From NCBI RefSeq assembly GCF_009914755.1, contig NC_060935.1: a stretch of DNA of 64,000 nt; one strand, given 5' to 3'. A program made the position numbers and the translations under genes. Positions 39,551 to 50,450 of this stretch are shown here, piece by piece (within the stretch, counting starts at the first letter, position 1; each line of letters opens with the position of its first letter). The stretch is from the human T2T-CHM13v2.0 reference genome, Homo sapiens. The notes beneath the pieces are model-generated. The model ran no database searches and was not told the origin of the DNA. It saw only the letters and a program-made list of their open reading frames with translations.

Positions 39551-42500
39551 AAATAACATTGAGATGGTGCAGAATGTATGCTTCTTGCTTCTTTCATTTG
39601 ATGTTATACCCAAATACTTCTCCATAGCATTTCAAAGATTTCAGTAAGTGCATGAATCTCTGGGCTTTCCTGTGGTTGGACCTTGAGGTTGTCGCCAGTT
39701 TTCCCTGCTGTGGAAAAGGCTGAGTGGGCGAGTGGGCGTCCTCATGCTGGGAGCCTGGGCTGCTCCCGGGGTCACTCCCTTAGGCTAGAACATGCTCCTC
39801 TCTCCGGGTTCCTAGATAATCCCACACCTCTTCCTTCTGGGGTTCCTGGGGGGCGGGAATCCTGTCTGCTTGAGAGACCTTGAGCAAGGTACTTAACTTT
39901 TGAGCAAGGTCCTTAACTATGCCTCATCATCTTCCTCTGTAAAACAGGGTAATAATAGGGCCTACCCAGGAGGCTTATTGTGAGGTTAAAATAATACCTG
40001 CAGAGCGCTTAGTAAGCAGCGCAGAGGAATCCCTCAGGAGATCTTCTCCTCCTGGTTTATGCTTTTGCTCTCTTCCTGTCCTCAGGCCCAACGAGGTTGT
40101 GTAATTTGCTCACAGTCCCACAGCAGGTCAGTGCCGGCACTGAGATTTGGGCCCTGGCCCCACCAACCTCTTTGTCTTGAGAACCTAAGCACACATGACT
40201 TCTCACTGAGCCTTGCTTTACCCACGGAAGAGCTCATGAAATTAGGCCCTGGAAGTGTTTTGTAAACTCTAAGGTACTGGGTGGTTCCACTTATTGCCAA
40301 TAATAATGACAAGACTAGAAAGACCCTGAGTTTTGAAGGCCGAAACTCTAGAAGTTCAGAGGAGGGGAGTGGGCAGGTCTGTGCTACCAGAAAGACTTTC
40401 TGGCGGTGGTGGCCTTGTCCTGGGCCTCAGGAGAGTATACCCTGGGTTTGGCTCAGGCTGACCTTCAGCTGTGAATCTTATCCACTGCGCACACTTGTGC
40501 ACATGCACGCGCGCGCGCACTCACACGTAACTATCGCTGTCCAGGCATTAGGGCTGGTCACCATTGGTGGATAAATTCAGTAAGGCCTAAAAGCCCAAGC
40601 TGCTGTTGGTCAGCCAGAGGCAGAGACCACTTCTTCCAGAGGCTAGGGTGGAGGGATAATTGAACGGGCATGGTCACTGCCCCTGGACATCCTGACCACC
40701 CTATGCTTGCCTGGTGTGATGGGAGGGGGCTTCCCTCGGCTCTGGGTTATGCCAGAGTCCCCAGGGGCAGGGCTGGAGTGACCGACTGATGGGTAGAACT
40801 TACTCTCCCCTCAGAGTGTCACCCGGGTCCTGGAACAGGGTGGGAGTAGGGGAGGTAGGGGCCACAGTGCAACCCAGCTGGTTGGGCCTCTCTGGACAAG
40901 CTACAGTGGGAGAGCTCCAGAGGCCTGGTCTGGTCTGGTTCTAGCTCAGCTGACTGTCTGCCACCCTGGGGGTCATGAGACATTTCCTCTTTGAGCCTCT
41001 GTGCCCATATATCAAATGCGTAGAAATGGTCCCTTCTCTGCCTCCCTCCTTCAAGAGAGGATTGAACATGGACATTCTAAACTAATCAGTGCACATTAAT
41101 TACACTGATACTTGCTTTCATTCATCCTCAAATTCACAAATGTGAACTGAGCACTTAACTGTGGGTCAGTCTCTGTTGTAGGCATGGAAGCTGCTGGAAC
41201 AAGGCAGAAGTGCACCCTCCCTTTTGGAGCTCACAGACTTTGTTATATGTCCCTTAGTACCTGGGCAGCTTGCCTGAGTGCAAGCCTGACATATAGTAGG
41301 TCTTTCAATATGCCAAAAAGGAGGCTGCTGATTGGGGAATTAGCACCAGGCAGTTTGGTCAGTGCCCTGGTCTATAGCAGGGATAGGTCAGGGAGGGTGG
41401 AGGACTTAAAAGAAACTTCCAGGAAGAGGCAGAGCATAAAAGTTAGATGGCGTTTAAACAGGGCCAAGAGCAAGGAGGGCAGCCCAGGCAGAGGAGCAGT
41501 CTACACAAAGATGGAGAGGTGGGGAGGAGACTGGGGTTGGACAGTGGTGAAGAGACCAGCCTGGCTAGAGGAGAGGCTGGGAGGTCACACACGTAGGCTG
41601 CTGGGGGCTGATTGCACTTCAGGCTTCCCTAGGTCTCTGGTGGCATGAATAGAATTTCTGGCACTATGGTAAGTGGGGAAGACAGCCTCTTTTGGCTGTG
41701 GGGCTTCAAGAGCCCCCAGGATTTATCTTCAGCCGAGGCAGGCTCTGGCCCCCTCCTTCCTGCCTCAGCTCCTTGGGGCTCTGGCTGAGGCTGACCTGGC
41801 CTTTCCCAGGGTGCCTGGCCCACAGCCCAGTGAGTCATCTTCTGCACCAGAGGCAGGACACCCCATCCCACCGACAACACATGACTGCAGCCCTTCCCCC
41901 TGCTCCTGGGTCTGAGGGAGGGAGAGAACAAGAGGGGCTGGAAACAGACCCTGGATAACTTCCGTTCCCACGATCCCAGCCCCCCTGCAGGCTGGGGAAC
42001 TGGGTGGAGGATAGGGAAGGGATCCCTGCTTTCCAGTGCTCTGTGCAGGTCAGGAATCAGAGGCTGAACGGTGGTGGTCCTGGGCCACAGGGCCTGATTC
42101 CCTGAGCACTGGTCTGGTGCTGAGCCAGTGTTAGACATTTTGAATGAAATAACTTTTAGAGCTGGGAGAGGAGGGCCCCTGGAGGTCATCTCATTCATAG
42201 GTTTTAAGCCAGGGCTGGGACCACAGGCCAGGCCAGTATGTAGGCAGAAGTGTGCATAGGGGAAGGTGGGTGCATTTCCTGGGAGCCCTAAAGCAGGAGT
42301 TGCCAGATTTAGCAAGTCCTACCTACCCTAAGGCCTCATGGGATTACCAGTGGGGTCCTTCTCGACTGCCAAGGGCAGGGCAACCTCCCCTGCTCAGACT
42401 CAGATGTGGGACCCAGAAGATCTGGGTTCTGGTTTCTCTGCCTGTAAAATGGGGGTGACAGTCCCAGCCTCTTGGGCTGAGAGGATGATTGCATTCAAAG

Positions 42501-43884
42501 CTTCTGAGCTCCTAAGATGTTTTTCACATCTGTTGGGGGTCTGTCTATCCATCTACTTCTCAAGCCCCACCTCCTGCTTCCCGCTATTATCCATAATGAG
42601 AAACTTTTCCTTCCCAGCCTGGAAGGTCCAGCTGTATCTTCTTGAAATTGGGAGGGAGGGGGGCGGATCTCAGAGAAGAAAGAAAGGGAAAAAACCCACA
42701 TTAAAAAAAAAACCCACCAGTTAAATTCAAACCACATGCACCACAGCCCCTGCCATGTGGGCCTCTGCTGCCACCTGTGGGCGTCTGGTGGAAGTGCAGT
42801 TCTTGGGGCTTCAGCTTCCTCACTGGAGCCATAGGCTTAATCCTGAAGCCTGAAATCAGGAAGGAAGGTCAAGCTGTCCATCCTCCACCTCTGAGCATGA
42901 CCTCACCCCCACCACCTCTGCTGCCAGGAAGCCTGGTGGGGAATTTAGAATCCATCTACACCTTCCCTTCTCCCCCATTTGTTTACAGAGGGGGAAACTG
43001 AATCCCAGAGTGGAGAGGAATTTGGCTAAAGTTGCAAAGCAAGACAGTCAATAGATAAGTATTGTACACCTACTGTATGTCAAGAGACCTGGTCTCTGCT
43101 CTTATGGATCTTCTGGTTGTGGAAAGCAGGGAGCAGACATTGAGACCGTCCTATTTCCATCTAACTCCCAGCCATCCATGGAAGAGAATACAGCCTCCTA
43201 CCTTCTCATTCAAGGTGCTCTGGGCTTGGCTTGACTTCTTGTTAATGTGCTCTGTGACCCTGGTGAGGTCACTCAGCTTCTCTGATATGCCAGTTACTTG
43301 GGGTCAAATCCCAGCTTTGCCACATCCTGACTTCATAACCTCAGGCAAGTTGCTTTGCTTCCTGGAGCCTTTGTTTCCTCATCTGTAAAATGGCCATAAC
43401 AGGAATACATAACTCAGAGGACTGGTGTGAGGACTAAATGAGATAATACATGAGAAACAGTGCCTCACTAAACATTAGCCAGCTGTATACATGAGCTCCC
43501 ACCAAGGATACAGTGAGCACACCTCATTCCCAGAGGTCTAGGAGGGGGCTGGGAGCGCAGTGGGTACGGGGGTCCCTTCTGGGCTAAGAGTGCACCAGCA
43601 AGGTTCAGCAGTTAGAAGTCGGGCCTGAGTCCCAGCATAAGGAATGAGGGCTACCACCTCCATCCTCCTTTCAGCCAGCAGGGACAGTTTCTGGAAGGAG
43701 TGGTGAGGTTGGAGTCCCAGCTGGACCCCTCTGGGGCAATAGATGAAATCTAGCCTGTGCAGAAATCATCCCCTTCCTTCATTTCTCCTGTCAGCATATG
43801 AAGGACCCTGGGTTCACATTCCGTCTCTTCCACTCACTGCCTGTGTGACCATGGCTCCTCCACCTCCCTGATCCTCAGTTTCCT

Positions 43885-44605
43885 CAGCTAGGCACTTCTC
43901 ACTGAGAGTCATGCAGTGTGGTCGGATAGTGCTGGGCTGGAATTACCTTGAAGGCATCCTCACTCACAAATTGGTGATTAATGCTGGCATTTGGCTGGAC
44001 CTCATCTGGCCTGTCAGCTGGCATACCTACACATGGCCCCTGCATGTGGCCTGGGCTTCCCCACAACGTGGAGGCTGGGTTTCAAGAATGAGCAAGCCAA
44101 GAGAGCAAGATGGAAGCACGTGGCATTTTTATGACCTAGCTTTGGATGTCACATAGTATCATTTCTGCTGTGCTCTGTGGTCAAGGCAGTCACAAAGCTT
44201 TACCCAGCTTCAAAGGGAGGGGACCTGGACCTCGTCTTTCTGTGGGAAGAGTCAATACCACATTGTAAGAAGAACATGTGGGCCAGGCGCAGTGGCTCGC
44301 GCCTATAATCCCAGCACTTTGGGAGGCCGAGGCAGGAAGATTGCTTGATCCCAGGAGTTCAAGACTAGGCTTAATCTCTAAAAAATATTTTTAAATTAGC
44401 TGGGCGTGGTGGTGCGCACCTGTACCCCCACCACTCAGGATGCTGAGACAGGAGGATCGCTTGAGCCCAGGAGTTTGAGGTTGCAGTGAGCTGTCACGCC
44501 ACTACACTCCAGCCTGGGTGACAGAGTGAGACCCTGTCTCAAGAAAAAAAAAAAAAAAAAAGCATGTGAGATGATAGCTATCTTCAAAACATACAGTCTA
44601 CCTGA
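43885..44605 (-). mobile_element. Old MLT1-type LTR interrupted by an Alu
   Basis: cacatggcccctgcatgtggcctgggcttc…ttttatgacctagctttggatgtcacatag…; boundaries approximate. Confidence 0.65.
44282..44560 (+). mobile_element. Alu (AluJ-like)
   Basis: Dimer with poly(A); catgtg on both flanks. Confidence 0.92.
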
Positions 44606-44624
44606 AGATGATTATGAGGAAAAC

Positions 44625-44855
44625 AGCTCATTGTAGCCTTGACATCCCAGAGCTCAAGTGATCCTCCTACTTCAGCCTCCTGAGTAGCTGGGACCACAGG
44701 TGTGTGCCACCAGGTCTGGCTATTTTTAGTATTTTTTGTAGAGATGAGGTCTCCCTGTGTTGCCCAGGCTGGTCTCGAACTCCTGGGATCAAGTGATCCT
44801 CCTGCCTCAGCCTCCCAAAGTGCTGGGATTACAGGCGTGAACTACCACACCCAGC
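44625..44855 (-). mobile_element. Partial Alu (AluJ-like, tail missing)
   Basis: Reverse Alu consensus. Confidence 0.88.
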
Positions 44856-47800
44856 TATTTTTTATTATTATTGAAGTGACCCCTTCACTTTCAGTCTCTG
44901 CCATTGAACCCTATGGACCATCACCCTCACCAGTTGTGCAGTCACATGTCCACAGAAGACCCCAACAGGAGTGTACACAGACACACAGAGGAGTCCACAC
45001 AGAGAGGACACAGGTCGTGTCACTCATAATCCCACCCCAGGTGCATACACGCACCCACCTAAGCAGGGCACTGTCCCCATAGCAGGAAGATCCTGAGGCT
45101 CTAAGGAGCTCTCCTTCCCATTCCCAAAGCACATTCCCCAGAATTATGGAGCCCACCCTGAGCAGCCAGTCCCCAGGGAGCCCTGTGGCTTGGACACTTC
45201 CCTTCTAGCTGCCTCAGAGGCCTGGGAACTCTGTGGAGCCTTGAGAGGCTCCTCTTTCCAGAAGAGAGGGTCTCTAGGAAACAGGACCTGACCAGGGAAG
45301 GCAGGGGGAAGGGAGGAGAGGAGAGAAGATAGGGGGATGGGAAGAAGACAGAGTCCTCAAGCAGGAACAGATGGAGAGACTGAGGCCCCAAGAAGTGAAG
45401 TGTCCTGCCCAAGGTCACTTCCCCAGTAAGTGGCCAAGCCAGGATTTGGGATTGAGCTTTCTGGCTCCAGGGCCTGCCTTCTTAATCTCTCTACCCAAAA
45501 AGTCCCTCTTTTGGAACTTTCATCTCCTTGATGAACTGAGCACCTGAGGAAGGCAGCGGCTGTCAGGGAAATGGATAGCCCATTAGGTTGGGAACATCCC
45601 GTACCAACCCTATGCTTGTGGACTTTGGTGGGGTCAGGAGCATCAGACAGTCTGTGTGGGCCATTCGCCAGGGCCGAGTTCCCAGGGAAGAGGATCTTCT
45701 TTGACTCTAGCATTGCCTGTGGATGGCAGTTTGTTTACCACCTAAACCTTCAGGAGAATCTGTTCATGTCACTGTCTTGGAACAAAGGAGGCTGAAGAAA
45801 GGCAACCACCACACCAGGGAGGTGGGGGTTGGGGGAGCCCAGCTGTGTGCACCAGGCCAGGGGAGGTGGAGTGGGGCTCTCCCCACTGGGGAGAGGGTGG
45901 GGTTTAGGAGCCTGGGCCCTGGAGGTGGCTGGTAGAACTGGGTTCTACCTCTTACCAGCCAGGTGACCTCTCTGAGCCTCAGTTTCCTAGTTTGTAAGAA
46001 GGGAGAGTAATAATAATAGAGTTCTTGATGTGGGGCTGCTGTGGGGATTAAAGGAGCCAGGACGTGTAAAGTGATGGTAGGGTGCCTGGCCCCTGAGAAT
46101 TGTCCAAACAGCATTAGTGGTGTGGCAATTCTGAGATTATGGGGTTCCTAGTCTTCCAGTTTGGGCAGCTCTGGGGCCCAGGCACTCTCTTGACAAAGAT
46201 TTAATAGGGTTGTGCCTCCACTCCCAGGAGCCTGATGAGGCCTGCTGCCCCAGTACCGGCATTTCTCCTTCACCACCTGCATCATGCTTGCCATTTCTTT
46301 CTCAGTTCCTGTCTTCCTGTGTAGACTGTGGTGCCCAGTAGGGCACAGACCTCTTTCCTTACCTTTAAATCCCCAGCACAGTGCTTGGCATCTAATAGGT
46401 GCTCTATAAGTATTTATTGAACTAATCAACTAATGAATAAAATAAAAATGCAATTGATTACTCATGCATTAAACCATGTATCTGTGGATTCATTCATGTA
46501 TTCATGACTGTCATTGATCTGTTCATCCATTAATTTATTATTTATTCATTTATCATGATTTCATCCTTTCATCCTTTCATTTATTCAGCCATTACCGGTT
46601 ATCTGTCCATTTGTTTGTTCATCCCTGTGTCTAGCCTTTCTCATCATTGGTCCCATTTGGTCCAGCACCAGCTGGAGGACCAGGTGGCCCCCAGGTGGAC
46701 AGTGCCCAGATGCAGGAGGTATGGGTGGGCTCAGACTGGGTGGTGTGTCCAGAGGCAGGTAGTCAGGGTATTGGGATTCCCTCAGAGATGGGGAAGTTGT
46801 TAGCAGATTGGGCAGAAGTAGGGAGGGTTAGGTGCTCCCCAGGGCTGGTAGAAAGGTGGTCCCACAGACTTGGGACCCCCAGCCTGCCCCTCCTGGAGTG
46901 GGGTGGTACTCTTGTAGAGCAGAGCCCTTTTTCCCCCTCTCTGTCTTTCCTTCTCTGACTAAAGAGCAGGTGAGAGTGTGGCTCTTTCATGGGAGAAGAG
47001 GTGTTTATGGTTGGGTGTGGGGTATGGAGAGGAGGGCTGGGTAGGCCTTCACCAAGCACCCTGTATACTTACAAAAACTCTTCTGAGCCACACTCATTCT
47101 ATACAACTGCACATACCCCAAAGGAGATAAAATCAGCACTCAGAACAGGAGCTCAGAGGAACAATAGCAGAACCAACCTGCATAGGGGTACCGTGGCCCA
47201 CCTGGTGCCCTCAGCCCCCACCCCAACTGACCTCATCCTGAAGGGCTCTGATGCCTGTGCTGTTATGGGGCCCTCCCTGGACACCCTGCCTCAGCGACCA
47301 ACCCATGTGCTCCTGTTCCTTCTCTTTGCTTCCTTTCATCTCCCCGAACCACCAGCCCCACTCCATTGCCAAGACAATAGGCTTGGATCTAATTAGTCAT
47401 CCTTAATGAAGCAGCAGCAGCAAGCAGTGCCTTTGGCACCAAGTCCCGCCCCCTTCTTGGGGGCAGGGCCTTTCAGTGAACTCTGTCTTCTGGGCACCCA
47501 TATGCCTGTGGATCTCTCGACCTCAGGACCTTGTTCTTGCCATGCCTCCTCCAGGAAGCCCTCCCTGAATACTTTCCCCTGAAGCAGCAGTGACTCCCTC
47601 TGCTGAGCCCTATGAGAAAAAGCCCTGTGTTGTCTGGGAGCTCCTGGAGGCAAACAAGGGTGGACTGATCTCTGCAGGGCCCCATCCCACTGGAACTAGT
47701 GAGGGAATGGATGCACGTCTCTAAATCCTGAGCCACACACTGCCTCTCAGCCACTCAGAGGAAGCTGATGCCCAGGGTTGTGTAGCTTGAGAGGGTCAGA

Positions 47801-48432
47801 TGAGGGACGAGGTGCCCTGAGAGAAAGCCAGATGTGGGTTAAGTATCCTCAGTGACCAAGCAATGAGCCAGGGATGGGGCCTTCAGACCACCACTCTGCA
47901 TGTGCTGTGGGACCTGGATGTCTGGACTGGATCACAGGCCTGTCCATCCTCCCTTTCAAGCCACCACTCAGTCAATTGGTCTGGCTGTTCCAGACCCCCT
48001 GCATGCCCAGCCCTGGGAGGAGGAAGAGGAGGAGCAGGCTCCATCCGCAGGGAAGCCCACAATCCATCCAGTTGGGAGGGTAAGAGGCAGAGAGCTATTC
48101 AGGCTGGTCTGCCTCTCAGTCAGTAACTGCTGGGCATGTGGGGAGAAGGGAGGAGGAAGAGCTATTGGGGGCTTGTTTATTAAGCCAGCCTTCCTTATAA
48201 GTGCCCTGGCTTACAAAAGGGACAAGGACGCTGCCCTCAGGAAGCATATAGTCTCCTGGGAGGAGACGGGCCTCAATCTAGTAATTGCTTAAATGTATAT
48301 TTACGAACTGCCATACATGGTTAAGGTAAGGAAAACTGAGAGCCTTTAAGAGCAGAAATTAGATGCACATGACCTAATCTGAGGATCAGGGAGGGCTTCC
48401 CTAAGGAGGTGACATTTGCACTAAAACTGGTA

Positions 48433-48748
48433 TTTTTTCTTTTTGAGATGGAGTTTCGCTGTTGTTGCCCAAGCTGGAGTGCAATGGTGCGACCTCAGCT
48501 CACCGCAACCTCAGCTCACCTCAACCTCCGCCTCCCGGGTTCAAGCTATTCTCCTGCCTCAGCCTCCCGAGTAGCTGGGATTACAGGCATGCGCCACCAC
48601 ACCTGGCTAATTTTGTATTTTTTTTTTTAATAGAGATGGGGTTTCTCCATATTGGTCAGGCTGGTCTCGAACTCCCAACCTCAGGTGATCTGCCCGCCTC
48701 AGCCTCCCAAAGTGCTGGGATTACAGGCGTGAGCTACCGCGCCCGCCC
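48433..48748 (-). mobile_element. Alu (AluS-like) with short internal duplication
   Basis: Flanking aaactggt TSD; cagctcaccgcaacct-cagctcacctcaacct duplication. Confidence 0.93.
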
Positions 48749-49209
48749 GAAACTGGTCTTAAAGGAAAAGAAAAAGCATTACTAGGAGAGGGAAAAGGCA
48801 TGGGCCAAGACCCTGAGGCAGGAGAGGGCATGGTCAGTTTCTGGAAGTTAAAACGGAAGTGGCTGGAGCACATCAAGCAAAGAGATGAGAGGAGTCGACA
48901 GATGGGCCTGGCTTGAGCTATGGGGTCAGGATGTCCACTGTGCAGGAAACTCAGGGGAAAGCAGGTTTGGGAGAAGGAGTCAGCTGGGGGCTTGGTGAGC
49001 GTGGCAGCGTGCAGCACACTAAAAGGCATGAAGTTGGCCAGGGCTGAGGCACAGCTGCAGGGTGCTTCAGAGCCCCCCCATCTTGCTGGGTGGGAGCTGG
49101 TGCAAAAGCAGGTTGCTCGCCCCCACCCCTCAGTCCAGATTGAGTCTAGGATAGGTTCTGCTGTCACTCTGGGCTTTCAAGCAGCACGTTATGAGGATCC
49201 TGCTTGGAG

Positions 49210-49354
49210 ACAGTCTAGGGGTGCACAGTCTAGGTACGGGAGCACAGTCTAGGGGTGGGAGCACAGTCTAGGGATGGGAGCACAGTCTAGGGGTGGGAGC
49301 ACAGTCTAGGGGTGGGAGCACAGTCTAGGAGTGGGAGCACAGTCTAGGGGTGGG
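49210..49354. repeat. Minisatellite, 19-bp unit agcacagtctaggggtggg, 6 full plus about 2 degenerate copies
   Basis: Full units start at 49241, 49260, 49279, 49298, 49317, 49336. Confidence 0.93.
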
Positions 49355-49779
49355 GCGGATGGACAGGGACAGGACTGGAACCCTCCAAGATGGTCCCAGG
49401 TATAGGACACAGGACAAGCTGGATCCGGGCAGGGGTAGGGATGATTCAAGGTGGGTGATTTGAGTGATAGCTGCCCTCCTTCAGGCCCAAGAGCTCCTCC
49501 CTTGGGTGGAAGACCAGGGATGTGTATGTGTGCACATCTCTAAATGTCCGAGCCTGGACATATGTGCCTGTTTCTGCTGGCAATAGTTATGTAAACACAG
49601 AAGCACTTGTCTGGGCGCAACGATGGATCATGTTCGTTTCTGTCAAGGTTCAGGTCTGTAAGGGACTGTGTTGATGTGGGTGCACTTGGCCTGACCCCCT
49701 TGTGCATACGGGTCCAGGCCTGAGGGCAGGTTTCCATGAACGTGGCCTATTCCGTGTAGGTGTGTTCGTGCCCCTGTGT

Positions 49780-50450
49780 GTGTCCCGTGCTCCGTGGCTC
49801 CTCGGTGGGAAGCTGCGTTCAGCGTGTGCCGGCGCTGGGTACAGGTGCGGACGGAAAGTACATGTCGGCGCCTTTGTCCACGGGTGTGCGCCGACTTGTG
49901 TCCTGGGGCGGGGGATGGGTCCGTGAGCGGACGCTGCCGCGTGGGGGAAGGGGCGGGTGCGAGGGCAGCCCAGAGCGTGCTGGGGGAGATGGGGCGGCGC
50001 GGAGAGGGCGGGGACCCTCCTCCCCACAACGGGGCCGCGCGCGCCTGGCTCGCCGGGCGCACTCCCAGCGCGGAGGAGGCAGCAGCGCCGCCGGCGGCCG
50101 GGCCGCAGCGCTCAGATCGACGCTGGAACTGACCACCGCGACCGCCACTGCGGCTGCCGCCGCGGCCGGGCTGAGCCCTTAGGGAGCGAGAGTGGGAGGC
50201 GGCCCCTGACTCCGCGCTGACCCCCGCCCCCCGCCCCGCCGCCACCCCGGCGCCCCCGCCCCAGCGGCTGGCCGGCCGCATGCTGCAGATGGTGAAGACC
50301 CTGGCCCAGTTCACCATCGCGCTGGAAGACATGCGCGATATGGGCCCAGCCGCCGCCTCCGGGGAGCCTGCCGGGGGCAGCAGCACTGACGCCGAGGAGC
50401 CTGGGGAGGCCCAGGTACGGGGAGGGGGAGGGGCAGCCAGGGACCTGGGC
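49780..50450. promoter_or_regulatory. Intronic CpG island, putative alternative ARHGEF17 promoter
   Basis: Very dense CpG, GC boxes (ggggcggg at several sites between about 49905 and 50015), followed by an ATG exon with a donor. Confidence 0.85.
50280..50414 (+). CDS. ARHGEF17: Putative alternative first coding exon of ARHGEF17 (45 aa, MLQMVKTLAQFTIALEDMRDM…EEPGEAQ)
   Basis: ATG inside the CpG island, coding-like codons (CTG, GTG, AAG, ACC, TTC, ATC), donor CAG|gtacgg in phase 0 matching exon 2. Confidence 0.72.

Noticed and set aside
39880-39918. 20-bp tandem duplication (also a 17-bp one near 11527-11572)
   Set aside because: Slippage events inside old MIR/L1 relics; no sign of function
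49210-49354. Regular repeat arrays as CRISPR-like (also 13034-13114)
   Set aside because: Head-to-tail units without unique spacers in mammalian DNA; ordinary minisatellites
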